DNA of 64,000 bases from an uncultured Pseudobdellovibrionaceae bacterium (GCA_963803705.1 CAWDNU010000001.1:544001-608000); one strand, 5' to 3'. Counted from the first letter of the stretch, positions 27,587 through 38,491 are shown. A program made the numbers and translations. The notes: generated from the sequence alone by a model not told the origin.

Positions 27587-29290
27587 ATGCTTGGGTACAA
27601 GGAAATTTTTAATGAGCGTGGCAGGTTATATAGCCTAGCAATGAAAAATGTTAATCATGCTCGCTTTCTCGAAAGAGAAAACCTTATTAAAGGACTTGAT
27701 ATTAAAATGGGCGACTGCTTTCTTGATGTTCCCGCCGGCGAGGGCTACCTCTCAGATGCTATTTATCAGATAACCCCTAATATTATATGTCTTGAACCAT
27801 CGCACGAATTTTCATGTCAAATTTCAAATAAATACAAAGTCGTAAGTTCGCCCATTGATAAAATGGATATAAAAGACGAAAGCGTTGATGCCATGGGTAG
27901 TTTAGCAGGGCTACACCATTTGGGTGTCAAAGAGCTAGAAGGTTTTTTTCGTGAAGGGTTTCGTGTGCTCAAACACGGTGGTGAATTTGCAGTAGCTGAT
28001 GTGGAAAAAGGTTCCAATATTGATTATTTTCTAAACTATATCGTGGATAAATTCTCTGAAACTGGGCATCAAGGTTATTTTTTTTCAGAAGAAGACTTTG
28101 TTGATCACTTAAATAACGCTGGCTTTAAAAATGCAAATTCGTGCAAACAAGATTTTTACTGGATTTTCGATGACATTACACAAATGCTCTACTTTGTTAA
28201 AAATCTTTTCGGGTTAACGAAGGTGAAAGAACCAGAGCTATTAAATATTTTAGCGGAAACCCTTGGTTTTATTAGACAAGATAAAAAGATAAAACTTAAT
28301 TGGTCATTAATTTATGCCTTCGCACCAAGTAGAATCAATAAAATCTACGATCAGTTGATCTTCATCATTGTTTTTTTGTGGGGTTTAATTCTTTATCCAA
28401 AAGTTTTGATCAGATCTTGGCGAAAGACAGGAAAAGTTCTTTTCTTTTCAGCACCTGAAACTGCCAATGAGAAATTTTTATGGAGAAAATTAATTGATCA
28501 CGCTCCACACTTCACAGAACTTTCCGACAAACTTCTGAGCAAAAAATGAATCAATCTGCATTTTCCATCTCTAGCTAGTCCGGAAGTGGTCTGGAAAGAT
28601 GATAAAATTGACTCAGACACAATCGAACTTTTTAAGTCAAGTATGTGTTATCTAAAGTCTAATCATTCTTGCGGCACAAATCTTAAAATGCCTGAACAAT
28701 TTAGAGGCTTTGAAAAGACAAAAAAAATATGTAACCGTTGGATGAGAAGCACTCACGGACGTAAGGACTATGAGTGGGGATATTGGGGTATAAAAAAAAA
28801 GCTTTTCATAGAGCTAGATATCAAAACAAACAATGATTTTTTTTCTGAAATCAAGATTAATACTTTCAGTAAAACTATAGTAAGGCTTATTCATCTCATT
28901 GAACTCAAAGATCAAAAATTTGCAAATGCTTGGGAATTCAATGAGAGTAATGTACTAGTTAGAAGTAAATTCGATGCTGAAACTGCACCTCCCCTTATCG
29001 ACTACGGATTGCCTGATGGTATTAATAGTATCCTCAAACTCTCAACAGAGATTGGCTCAAATTTTGACCATGTACGAATTGACTACTTTTATGATGGTTA
29101 TAAATACTGGTTTGGGGAATTAACCTTTTATAACACAAGGGGGTATTTCCCCAACGCCTTTGGAAATGATAAGGAATCGATATTTTCAAAATCTTGGGAC
29201 CTACTCGATAGTCAATTTTTTAGCAGGAAAGATTTAAACGTATTTCAAAAAATTTATCGCAAAAGCTTAAAAAGACATATTCAGTCTTAG
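27587..29290 (+). pseudogene. class I SAM methyltransferase fused to TupA-like ATP-grasp amidoligase, interrupted by one in-frame TGA (28547-28549)
   Basis: FLDVPAGEGYL motif I; then a TM helix; then PETANEKFLWRKLID...DKLLSKK*INLHFP...YLKSNHSCG...HVRIDYF...FGELTFY, all in one frame (567 codons). Confidence 0.75.
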
Positions 29291-29317
29291 TGGCAAAATT
29301 TCTAAGACCTGAAGACC

Positions 29318-29397
<80 letters not shown>

Positions 29398-29585
29398 AGG
29401 TCAAGAATTCACAAAATATATAGTTTAATTTGTAAACCCGAAGATAGAAAACTATACTATTCTGAATCAACTAACAATAGTTTCGACTATGATTTTGCAA
29501 AAAAAGTTTCTGGATTGTTTAGATCTCGGTAAAAATTGTCTAAAAAAGTGACTTTGAAGGCAAAAGTGAATAGGACTATTTACCT

Positions 29586-30917
29586 ATGTCGATATCGAAA
29601 GCTCTAATAATCTGTGGTTTCTTTTTAGCCCCAAGCTTTTCATACGCTCAGAAGAATCCAACTTATTTTACTTGGTCTGGCGAGTATCGAACTCGTTACG
29701 AATTTTTGGCTCCACCAGCTGGTGAAGGCAACGACACTTTGAATATTTTCAGCCACAGGTTTATCTTAGAAACTAATTTCAAGCCAAAAGAGGACATTGA
29801 AATACAAGCATCCTTACTTCTTTCTGAAAACTTGGGTCAGGATTTCAGAGGATTTGCAGGTTACAAATCACCTGATACAACTAATGACGAGGTCTCAATC
29901 TACGAACTTTACGCCAGTTGGCTTTCCCAGTCTGGACTGAGTTTTAAAATTGGACGTTTTTTATTTGCAGCTAACAATGAAAGTTTTTTTTCCAAAAATT
30001 TCGATGATCCTATTCCCACTCGATTCGATGGCGGTCTGCTAAAGTACGATAAGGACTACTTTAATTTTGAAGGTGGTGCTTTTTTAGTTTCTCAATTTCA
30101 GGATGCTAATCTTAAAACTGAAACCTCGGCGTTGTTCTTAATAAGTGTGGATTTAAAAATTGATCAAGGTTTGTTAAAAAATGTAAACCTAAGCTTTGTA
30201 AGCTATGACACCAATGAAAAGACATTCCCTTCTTTGAACAATTTTGTATCTCCGGCACAAACTTTTACTATGTATTCGGCTTCACTTACAGGTGAACTGG
30301 GTCGGTTTTACTATTCAACTGATGCCGCAATTCAACAAGGTGATAACAGTACAACAGATCAGCTGATGGATACTTTTTTATTTGATGGTAAGTTCGGCTT
30401 TACTCTTAACCGAGCTTCGAAGTTTAAAGTTTATAGTCAGTTTCATAAAGACACCGGTGATAAGGGGGCCACAAGCGATATCGACGAAAGCTACAATCCT
30501 TTGTTTTATAATCATTTCCTAAATGCAGGTCGGATGAACCTACTGGCTTGGGGAAACTTAACCACTTTAGGCCTAGGGACTTCATTCAAGTGGAGCGACA
30601 GCACAATAGTATGTTTAGAGTACAACAAATTTTTAAGATCCACCGCAGACTCAGGAATAAACGGTCTTTCAGTGTCTGGAACTTCACCTCTTACCTTGGA
30701 TGGATCGGGCACAAACTCTGGCCCATTTGATAATAATTTGGCATCAGAAGATAAAAATATTGGGGACGAGCTAGACCTAATTGTAGATTTTAATTCCGAA
30801 ATAGGACTTAAATTTCAAAGTATAACTGGGGTATTTCAACCTGGCGGCTACCTAGAAGTTTACAACAAAACAAAATTAATTGTTTACCAGCGCTTTGGCT
30901 TAGAGTTCCTGTTTTAG
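29586..30917 (+). CDS. alginate-export (AlgE-like) outer-membrane beta-barrel
   Basis: Signal peptide, WSGEYRTRYE, FKIGR, RFDG, IGDELDL, GVFQPG, C-terminal LEFLF. Confidence 0.7.
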   Translation: MSISKALIICGFFLAPSFSYAQKNPTYFTWSGEYRTRYEFLAPPAGEGNDTLNIFSHRFILETNFKPKEDIEIQASLLLSENLGQDFRGFAGYKSPDTTNDEVSIYELYASWLSQSGLSFKIGRFLFAANNESFFSKNFDDPIPTRFDGGLLKYDKDYFNFEGGAFLVSQFQDANLKTETSALFLISVDLKIDQGLLKNVNLSFVSYDTNEKTFPSLNNFVSPAQTFTMYSASLTGELGRFYYSTDAAIQQGDNSTTDQLMDTFLFDGKFGFTLNRASKFKVYSQFHKDTGDKGATSDIDESYNPLFYNHFLNAGRMNLLAWGNLTTLGLGTSFKWSDSTIVCLEYNKFLRSTADSGINGLSVSGTSPLTLDGSGTNSGPFDNNLASEDKNIGDELDLIVDFNSEIGLKFQSITGVFQPGGYLEVYNKTKLIVYQRFGLEFLF

Positions 30918-30978
30918 ATCAAGCACTAAGTCGTGTTAAAGATATACAATTCCTGCAACTTTTGGGATATGATTAAAA

Positions 30979-31491
30979 ATGATGAAACTATTGATAGCTT
31001 TATATTTAATTTGTTCATTTGTCTCTTCCAACTTGTATGCTGGAGTGTGGACTAGAAAAAGAATGAAAATTGATGATGCTGTACACACACGGATCGATGA
31101 AGTGCTTGCGCTGACCGCAGAATTTCATAAAATCCGAGTAAGTAAGGATCGATCTAGCACTGTTAAACTAGCCACGGAAATTGCCTCTAAGCTTGGTGGA
31201 GTTGCAAATTTAACCCAAAAAAACAGCTCGGTTCAAAGTTTGCACATAACAAAAATTGTTCAGTCCGCTCAAAGCTCTATAGAAGTTTTTAAAGAAGATC
31301 CTCAGGCTAGAAACGCTAGCCTAGAGTTGAAGGATTTTTTTAAAGATATTGTTCAAATAACGAAGGTTTTTGAAGTCAAAAAATATAAAATTTTCTTCTG
31401 TCCCAGGGACAAAGCTCTTTGGCTTCAGACGCTACCTAAAGCTCAAAACCCGGTGAACCTTAGTTTCAGAAACTGCGGCAAACCCGTATAG
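30979..31491 (+). CDS. DUF3347-like exported protein
   Basis: C-terminal FFCP...WLQ....QNP......CG motif; signal peptide. Confidence 0.65.
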   Translation: MMKLLIALYLICSFVSSNLYAGVWTRKRMKIDDAVHTRIDEVLALTAEFHKIRVSKDRSSTVKLATEIASKLGGVANLTQKNSSVQSLHITKIVQSAQSSIEVFKEDPQARNASLELKDFFKDIVQITKVFEVKKYKIFFCPRDKALWLQTLPKAQNPVNLSFRNCGKPV

Positions 31492-31493
31492 CA

Positions 31494-32237
31494 GTGGACC
31501 AATTTTTAAGTAAAATCTTTCGCTACATCCCAGAATGGCTTTTCGTACTGATTATTTTAGGCGGCGGAGTCGTATTTCTATTTTATGATAATCCATTAAT
31601 CTCAGTTTGCGACGCTCAAATTTCTGATTTTGCAAATGGTCAACAAGGCAAGTTATTCCCGCGAACCGTAAAAGTTTTAAATCCACTGACTGGTGGCGCC
31701 TACTACGACAATATTTTAGCAAAATCGCGTGATCATTGCATCGACTCACCTAAGGGGACTGGGTGCTACAGTTACTTCAAGATTATGCGAGGTATCCTAT
31801 ACGATTTTAAAAAATTAGAAGGCTCATGTTTAAAAAAATTATCTCAGACACCACTAATGGCCAAAGTTTTCGAAGACTACTTGATCACTATTGGCTTGCT
31901 TGCATGGGGTGAATTTACCCCAACCACCGAGGTTCAGAAAACGGGATGGTTGACTGATGCAGAGCTTAAAACCTACTGTTCAGTAAAAGCCTATTACCAA
32001 GACTTTTACCCTACGCAGAATTGGGATAACATTATTCAAAAAACACTAAGCCAATTGGTCATTGACCCAAAAGCCATAGTCGCTGTAACCCCGGTTTCAA
32101 AAGATGATAATATTTTTGGTGAAGAAAATAAGAACGATGGTTCTGAAAAAGTGTACACCTATAAAAAAGCTAGGTTGAGCGTACAAAAGGCTTATAAAAG
32201 AAGTTTATATTCGATGGACTGCATATATTATAAGTAG
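31494..32237 (+). CDS. membrane-anchored Cys-rich hypothetical protein
   Basis: One N-terminal TM helix and six Cys; starts 2 nt after the upstream stop. Confidence 0.7.
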   Translation: MDQFLSKIFRYIPEWLFVLIILGGGVVFLFYDNPLISVCDAQISDFANGQQGKLFPRTVKVLNPLTGGAYYDNILAKSRDHCIDSPKGTGCYSYFKIMRGILYDFKKLEGSCLKKLSQTPLMAKVFEDYLITIGLLAWGEFTPTTEVQKTGWLTDAELKTYCSVKAYYQDFYPTQNWDNIIQKTLSQLVIDPKAIVAVTPVSKDDNIFGEENKNDGSEKVYTYKKARLSVQKAYKRSLYSMDCIYYK

Positions 32238-32365
32238 CTAATTACTTTGGCTAACAAATCCAACCCAAGTCACTTGGTCGATAAATATAATCTGCTGTTT
32301 ACACAGTAAATAGTTAACCTGCTACAATCAAGGCTATAAGGCGAAATACAATCTTTCAACCACTC

Positions 32366-32397
32366 AAAAAAAAGATCAAATAAAATAATTTGATCTT
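32366..32397 (-). terminator. probable intrinsic terminator of rpsR
   Basis: AAGATCAAAT-6nt-ATTTGATCTT hairpin with an adjacent A-run (U-tail on the minus strand); AT-rich stem. Confidence 0.5.
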
Positions 32398-32442
32398 CAA
32401 GGTTTAAGTGTCGTGAAAATATGGGACCTTTTTAAAAAGGCC

Positions 32443-32751
32443 TTAATATTCAAAGGGCTTGGGACTGACAGGAAAAGGGCGTCTCATATTATCGTAAGCT
32501 AAAGTTCCAACTGGAAGCAAAGCAAGCTGACGTGCTCGTTTGATAGCAAAATTTAGTGACTTTTGTTGCTTATAGCTTAGTTTACTCACTCTGGCAGGTA
32601 CGATGCGGCCACCCTCATACAAAAATTTACTTAAAGATACTGGATCTTTGTAGTCAAATTTGAAGTTGGCAGGGTAATCTGTGCGGTATTTTGTCTTATA
32701 GCTTTTACGGTCATCTTTCTCGTCGTAACTATTGTAATCTCTGTCATCCAT
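32443..32751 (-). CDS. rpsR: 30S ribosomal protein S18
   Basis: [22 protein letters not shown]......[18 protein letters not shown] 32751 after GGAGG. Confidence 0.93.
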   Translation of the reverse strand: MDDRDYNSYDEKDDRKSYKTKYRTDYPANFKFDYKDPVSLSKFLYEGGRIVPARVSKLSYKQQKSLNFAIKRARQLALLPVGTLAYDNMRRPFPVSPKPFEY

Positions 32752-33031
32752 TTTGATCCTCCACAATGGCCCTAAGGAGATAAAATCGCTTTATCTCTGT
32801 GGTTTTGAAGGTTATAGACTAATTTTTAGTTGCCAACAAGCCCAAATGATAACTATAAGTTATCTTTATTAACATTACGAACTCTTTTTGCTTTAAATCT
32901 TTTAGATTTAGCGTTATGAATCTTGTTCTAGATGTAAATTACTTTATTGAATAGATTTTTAAAATCGATTTTAGGCATTTGTAGCTCGTAAGGCTAGGTA
33001 ACTAAGCCAGGGCAAATAGGAGAATCAGATC

Positions 33032-33325
33032 ATGTCTCGTTGTGAACTTTCAGGTCAAGGCCCAGTTGTTAAAAACTTAGTAAGCCATTCCAATATTAAA
33101 ACTAAATCTAAGGCTTATCCAAATATTCAGAATAAGAAATTTATTAGTGAAGCTTTAGACCAAAGTTTTTCATTTAAGGTCTCAACCCGCACACTAAAAA
33201 GTGTCGAGCACGTAGGTGGTTTTGACAAATACATTCTTAAGCAACAAGACGAAATACTATCCAAAAAAGCTTTAACCGTTAAAAATAAAATCGCGAAAAA
33301 AATAAAATTTAAAACTGTAAAATAA
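33032..33325 (+). CDS. rpmB: 50S ribosomal protein L28
   Basis: MSRCELSG.GP...NLVSHSNIKTK....PNIQ...VEHVGGFDKYIL; AGGAG SD. Confidence 0.95.
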   Translation: MSRCELSGQGPVVKNLVSHSNIKTKSKAYPNIQNKKFISEALDQSFSFKVSTRTLKSVEHVGGFDKYILKQQDEILSKKALTVKNKIAKKIKFKTVK

Positions 33326-33359
33326 TTTAATAATTATTAGATTTCTAAGGACTAAACTC

Positions 33360-33566
33360 ATGAAACTGAAAATAAAAAAGGGTCAAAAAGTAAAAATTAT
33401 AGCAGGTAGTGACAAAGGTAAGACGGGCGAGGTTTTAGAAATAAGCACTAAAAACTTAAAGATCAAAGTTGCTGGCGTTGCTGTTAGAACTCATTTTGAC
33501 AAGCAAGAAGGTCAATTTAAGAAAGAAGCATTTATTGATTATTCGAACGTGGCATCTGCCAAGTAG
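33360..33566 (+). CDS. rplX: 50S ribosomal protein L24 (short, 68 aa)
   Basis: KIKKGQKVKIIAGSDKGKTGEV KOW motif...KEAFIDYSNV. Confidence 0.85.
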   Translation: MKLKIKKGQKVKIIAGSDKGKTGEVLEISTKNLKIKVAGVAVRTHFDKQEGQFKKEAFIDYSNVASAK

Positions 33567-33601
33567 AGTTTTTTAATTTTAACTTTGTTAAAATTGTAAT
33601 T

Positions 33602-33640
33602 AAAGGCGTAGGTCAAAAGACTTTGCGCCTTTTTAGTTTT
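33602..33640 (+). terminator. intrinsic terminator after rpmB-rplX
   Basis: AGGCGTAGGTC-AAAA-GACTTTGCGCCT imperfect stem followed by T-runs. Confidence 0.65.
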
Positions 33641-33650
33641 TGGGAAACAT

Positions 33651-34457
33651 ATGGTTAAAATTGGCGTATTTCAAATGACATCTGTCCTAAGCCTTGAAGA
33701 AAACAAAAGTTGGATTTTAGATCAGTTGAAATGTCATGACCTATCTTCGCTTAGGTATCTTTTCTTTCCTGAAAATAGTCTTAGTTTCAAAATTAATGAT
33801 GACGATAATTTGCAGGCTTTAGATTTGAAAGATCCTTTTCTAAAAGTTTTAATCAATATTTGTAAGAATAATGATTTAGAAATGCAGATTTCAACGCCGG
33901 TGACGGGACCCATTGGACAAACTTTTAATTCTTCATTTTGGGTCACTAACTCAGGAATCCAATCTATCTACAATAAAATTCATCTTTTCAAGGTTACTCT
34001 GCCCTCTAAGGTAATTAACGAGAATCTGCTTTTTGAAGCGGGTGACTTACCAATTATACACTTTTCTTCTGAAGGGATTGAATTTGGTTCTAGCATATGT
34101 TTTGACCTAAGATTTCCTAAGCTTTACAAACATTACGCAGATAAAGGAGTCGATGTAATAACCGTTCCGTCTGCTTTTCTAGAGCGAACAGGTAAAGATC
34201 ATTGGCATGTGTTACTACGAGCTCGCGCTATTGAGACACAGACCTACGTGGTAGCGTCAGCACAATCGGGAACCCATGTGTGTAAAAAAACAGGTTTCGA
34301 AAGAAAGACATTTGGCCACTCGTTGGTTGTAGACCCTTGGGGCAATGTCATTTTAGACGCGGGTAAAGAAGATGGTCTTTACACTTGTTATTTAGATATA
34401 GATTTTTTAAAGACCGCGCGCTCAATCATACCTCTTGAAGAAAATTTTAAAGGATAA
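33651..34457 (+). CDS. Nit1/YbeM-like carbon-nitrogen hydrolase (deaminated glutathione amidase-like)
   Basis: FFPEN, YNKIHLF, ICFDLRFP, VPSAF..TG..HWHVLLRARAIETQTYVVASAQ, GHSLVVDPWG. Confidence 0.85.
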   Translation: MVKIGVFQMTSVLSLEENKSWILDQLKCHDLSSLRYLFFPENSLSFKINDDDNLQALDLKDPFLKVLINICKNNDLEMQISTPVTGPIGQTFNSSFWVTNSGIQSIYNKIHLFKVTLPSKVINENLLFEAGDLPIIHFSSEGIEFGSSICFDLRFPKLYKHYADKGVDVITVPSAFLERTGKDHWHVLLRARAIETQTYVVASAQSGTHVCKKTGFERKTFGHSLVVDPWGNVILDAGKEDGLYTCYLDIDFLKTARSIIPLEENFKG

Positions 34458-34460
34458 TAT

Positions 34461-35675
34461 ATGCCCCGTTTTTTAGCTGTATCTTCAAGAGGTTTACACC
34501 AGGCTTTGCTGTTAGAAATGCAAGAGCGTGGGTTTCAAGGCTTAAAAAAGGGACCTTCTGGTGTCGAGTTCGAAGGATCGTGGAAAGAGTGCTACAGGGC
34601 CAACATGATGTTAAAGACTTCGCCCAGAATTTTAAAACCAGTGTTAGATTTTCCTGCCTACAATAAAGATGAATTTTACAGTAATGCCACTAAACACGAT
34701 TTTACAAAATACATAACTTCGAAACAGACACTTGCTGTGCAAAGCGCGATTAGAGATTCAAATTTTAAAGATCAACGATATCCAAGTATGTTGCTAAAAG
34801 ACGTGGTCGTTGATCAATTTCAAAAAAAGTTTGGAGAAAGGCCTAATGTCGATAGGGATAAACCTGACCTTCCATTGTCCGTAAAGATCTTTAAAAACCA
34901 AGCTTCCATATCTTTGGACACTACAGGGTTTTCACTTTCCCAAAGGGGATATCGATCTGAATCGATATTAGCCCCCCTAAAAGAACATGTTGCTGCGGCC
35001 TTGCTAAAGCTTATGAAGTGGACAAATGAGGAAGCCTTATATGATCCATTATGTGGATCCGGGACATTTTTAATCGAAGCTAGCTCTTGGAACTCTGTAC
35101 ATCTTAATAACAACTTCGCTTTCAAAAAATGGCAAACCTTTCAACCTGAAGCCTACAATGAGCTATTGGGTGACCTGCAACCTGCTGCTCTTGAAAACAG
35201 AAGGGTGAATTCGAAAACATTAGTCAGATCAAACTTTAAAACTAGTTCAACGGGCAATCTAAATGCAAACCTAAAAACCTTTATAGCTGGCTCAGATATC
35301 TCGCCAAAAAATTTAGACGTTGCAAGGATTTGTATCTCTGGTTCGAAAATTAAGAACCGAATTCATCTTTTTCAAGTTGATATTTTCAACGTGAATCAAA
35401 AGATTTTAAATCAGCAGATTTCGGATTGGCCTGAAAGAGGGCTTATTATAATGAATCCTCCCTACGATTTAAGATTGAAAACAAAGATGCCTTTAAAAGA
35501 TTTGTTCAACGAACTGATCTCGCAGTGCCGGGTGTGCCTGCCAGGTTGGCGGTTAGGTATATTAGCTCCAGAGGATTTGGATGAAAGATCGCTAAACTTT
35601 ATGCCGGACTCAGTGGCGAACTTCGAGACTGGCGGCCTACGCATAAAATTACTAAGATATCGCAGTGCCGTTTAG
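34461..35675 (+). CDS. THUMP-domain SAM-dependent RNA methyltransferase (RlmL-like)
   Basis: SLSQRGYR...APLKEHVAAALL, DPLCGSGTFLIE, NPPY. Confidence 0.88.
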   Translation: MPRFLAVSSRGLHQALLLEMQERGFQGLKKGPSGVEFEGSWKECYRANMMLKTSPRILKPVLDFPAYNKDEFYSNATKHDFTKYITSKQTLAVQSAIRDSNFKDQRYPSMLLKDVVVDQFQKKFGERPNVDRDKPDLPLSVKIFKNQASISLDTTGFSLSQRGYRSESILAPLKEHVAAALLKLMKWTNEEALYDPLCGSGTFLIEASSWNSVHLNNNFAFKKWQTFQPEAYNELLGDLQPAALENRRVNSKTLVRSNFKTSSTGNLNANLKTFIAGSDISPKNLDVARICISGSKIKNRIHLFQVDIFNVNQKILNQQISDWPERGLIIMNPPYDLRLKTKMPLKDLFNELISQCRVCLPGWRLGILAPEDLDERSLNFMPDSVANFETGGLRIKLLRYRSAV

Positions 35676-35730
35676 TTTTAATCTCTAGACTACTTATTTT
35701 AATTTAAAATTAGAAAACTATACGAAAATT

Positions 35731-36075
35731 TTAGAATGGTTTGTACAAAGCTAAATATGCCATCGCAGCGCCTAAAATACCGTAAAAGATTAATGTTTTT
35801 AATGGCGACCAAGACTTTGTAAACTTTGGAGCCATACCAATAATCAACCATCCTGCCATTTTACACCAGATCCATATAGGCCAAGGGGACCCTAGTTTCA
35901 ATCTAGCTATAAGTCCGAAACCAGCTACAAAAATTACCAGTAAGAATACCCCATGAATAATCCCGAAATATTTACGTGATGTAGAGCCTTTAGATAAAGC
36001 TGCCAACCCACCAATAGCTATAAAAACAAACAAAATGCCCACGAGATGAATAAATTTATAAGTTAAATAGTCCAT
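35731..36075 (-). CDS. small four-TM membrane protein (SirB2-like)
   Basis: YLTYKFIHLVG...IHG...GFGL...W...KM; four hydrophobic segments. Confidence 0.65.
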   Translation of the reverse strand: MDYLTYKFIHLVGILFVFIAIGGLAALSKGSTSRKYFGIIHGVFLLVIFVAGFGLIARLKLGSPWPIWIWCKMAGWLIIGMAPKFTKSWSPLKTLIFYGILGAAMAYLALYKPF

Positions 36076-36324
36076 CTCACTCTTTTATTTAGAATTTATA
36101 TTTTAAACAAGCCCTATTTTTAATATTAAGTTTGGCAAGTGATTTCTTGACATTAAACCTTCACTAGCTGAAATATTAACGTTTAAAATAATAGCCTAAA
36201 AGCAATACGTTTGGTTGAAAACGTTAGAGCCAGGGCATGAATGGCACCTTACTTGGAATTGTTTTTATAGGACATAAAAATCCTTTTCTACGAATCTTAA
36301 AGCTGAGGCGCAAAAGGAGATAGT

Positions 36325-38373
36325 ATGATTACTGATATCGGGATAATAGCGGTTGGCGTCGGTGTTGTGGGTTTGTTTTTTGCACTTGTTATTTATTGGA
36401 AACTTTTGAAGTTGTCAGCTGGTACCGAAAAAATGATCAGTATCGGTGATGAGATTCATGCTGGTGCAATGTCTTTTCTAAAAGCAGAATATAAAATTCT
36501 AGTTGTCTTTGTAGCTGTCGTTGCCGCATTGCTATTTGTTGGTTTCAACCTTGAAACATCTCTCGCGTTTGTATCTGGTGCTTTCACTTCTGGACTTGCA
36601 GGTTTTATTGGAATGAAAGCAGCTACACGAACTAATGTTCGAACTGCCGCGGCCGCTAAAGATAGCGGTGAGAGTGCTGCCCTTATGACTGCATTTTCAG
36701 GTGGTTCGGTAATGGGCTTAGCAGTGGCCAGTTTGGGTTTGCTTGGTTTAGGTTTATTTTACTTTCTGTTTGTTACCGAAGACCCAAATACAGTTGGAAT
36801 AATTTCTGGCTTCTCAATGGGTGCTTCTTCTATTGCTCTTTTTTCTAGAGTAGGTGGTGGAATTTTTACTAAGGCAGCTGATGTCGGATCTGATTTAGTT
36901 GGTAAGGTTGAAGCGGGAATTCCGGAAGATGACCCAAGAAACCCCGGTGTTATCGCTGACAACGTTGGTGACAATGTAGGTGACGTTGCAGGAATGGGAG
37001 CAGATATTTTCGAGTCTTATGTTGGAGCTATGGTGGCATCGATTGCTATTGCATCAACTTTAAACGCTACTGAAATTTCTACTTTGGTAGCTGATGGTGG
37101 TAAATGGAGCTTGATGTCCTTACCCCTAATGTTGTCTGTAATAGGTTTAGGTGCATCGATTTTTGGTATCTTATTAATGAATGTATTTAAAAAGCTGAAT
37201 CCAGCTGCGGCTTTAAATATGTCAGTTTTTGCTGCCACATTGATCTTTTTGGGTTTAGCAGCTTTCGTGATGAACACTTTTGGGTTTTCCATGGACATAT
37301 TGATTGCAATTGTTGCAGGCTCTCTTGCCGGTTTGGCCATTGGTCACATCACTGAATATTACACTGCAAAAGGCCCGGTGATGAAGATTGTAGAGGCATC
37401 TAAAACAGGTCCGGCCACTAACATAATTCAGGGTTTTGCAGTCGGTCTAGAGTCAGGAGCTTTGCCACTGGTAATAATTGCTTTAGCCATTTTTTCTAGC
37501 CATTATTTTGCAGGCTTATACGGAATTGCTATTGCAGCCGTTGGGATGTTAGCAACCGTAGGCGTAACCATGAGTGTCGACGCTTATGGCCCGGTAGCCG
37601 ATAACGCAGGTGGGATTTCGGAGATGGCAGGATTGGGCCCTGAGGTTCGTAAGATAACTGATAATTTGGATGCTATTGGAAACACGACTGCTGCTGTTGG
37701 AAAAGGATTTGCTATTGGATCAGCTGCTTTAACAGCTCTTGCTCTGTTCGTAGCTTACGGTCAAAAAGTAGATTCGATAAGAATCGCTGAAGGGCTAGAA
37801 GCCATGTCGATTGATATTCTGAATCCGACTGTAGTTATCGGTCTGTTCCTAGGCGCGGTAGTGCCATTGTTGGCTGGATCTATGACAATGATGTCGGTGG
37901 GCAGAGCAGCTGGTGCAATGGTCGAAGAAATTCGACGTCAGTTCAGGGAAATACCAGGCCTACTGGAAGGAACCGGAAAACCAGACACTGTCAGATGCGT
38001 AGAAATTTCGACTAATGCTGCTTTAAAAGAGATGATTCCTCCAGGTTTGATCGCTGCTGTCGCCCCGGTTTTAGTGGGCTTCGCTCTGGGTCCTGCAGCT
38101 TTAGGTGGAATGCTAGCCGGAGCAACTCTTGTTGGTGTTGTTTTAGCATTAGTAATGTCTAATGCTGGTGGCGCTTGGGATAACGCAAAAAAAGCAATTG
38201 AGAAAGGTGAAGTTCCAGGAGAACAAAAAGGTTCTGACGCTCATAAAGCTACTGTTGTTGGGGATACTGTTGGTGACCCGTTTAAAGATACTACAGGTCC
38301 TGCGATGAACATCTTAATTAAATTGATGTCAATCGTGGCATTATTGATCGCTCCGTTGATTGCTCTTTTTTAA
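36325..38373 (+). CDS. hppA: membrane-bound K+-dependent, probably Na+-translocating pyrophosphatase
   Basis: [51 protein letters not shown]. Confidence 0.95.
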   Translation: MITDIGIIAVGVGVVGLFFALVIYWKLLKLSAGTEKMISIGDEIHAGAMSFLKAEYKILVVFVAVVAALLFVGFNLETSLAFVSGAFTSGLAGFIGMKAATRTNVRTAAAAKDSGESAALMTAFSGGSVMGLAVASLGLLGLGLFYFLFVTEDPNTVGIISGFSMGASSIALFSRVGGGIFTKAADVGSDLVGKVEAGIPEDDPRNPGVIADNVGDNVGDVAGMGADIFESYVGAMVASIAIASTLNATEISTLVADGGKWSLMSLPLMLSVIGLGASIFGILLMNVFKKLNPAAALNMSVFAATLIFLGLAAFVMNTFGFSMDILIAIVAGSLAGLAIGHITEYYTAKGPVMKIVEASKTGPATNIIQGFAVGLESGALPLVIIALAIFSSHYFAGLYGIAIAAVGMLATVGVTMSVDAYGPVADNAGGISEMAGLGPEVRKITDNLDAIGNTTAAVGKGFAIGSAALTALALFVAYGQKVDSIRIAEGLEAMSIDILNPTVVIGLFLGAVVPLLAGSMTMMSVGRAAGAMVEEIRRQFREIPGLLEGTGKPDTVRCVEISTNAALKEMIPPGLIAAVAPVLVGFALGPAALGGMLAGATLVGVVLALVMSNAGGAWDNAKKAIEKGEVPGEQKGSDAHKATVVGDTVGDPFKDTTGPAMNILIKLMSIVALLIAPLIALF

Positions 38374-38415
38374 ATAAAATTAAGAAGTCAGGCGCAGTAA
38401 TTTTTTGGCCATCAG

Positions 38416-38446
38416 AAAAAGACAACTAAATAGGTTGTCTTTTTTT
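38416..38446. terminator. bidirectional intrinsic terminator between convergent hppA and metG
   Basis: AAAAAGACAACT-AAATA-GGTTGTCTTTTT with flanking A and T runs. Confidence 0.75.
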
Positions 38447-38491
38447 ATTTTATTTAGCTGCAACTACTGAAGTCGTAATTTTAATATTAAA

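Noticed and set aside
28547..28549. Genome-wide UGA recoding (Trp/Gly) or selenocysteine
   Set aside because: TGA ends intact genes here (infA, RND, C45, ATP-grasp); the site is not a Cys-type position and no SECIS-like hairpin was evident.
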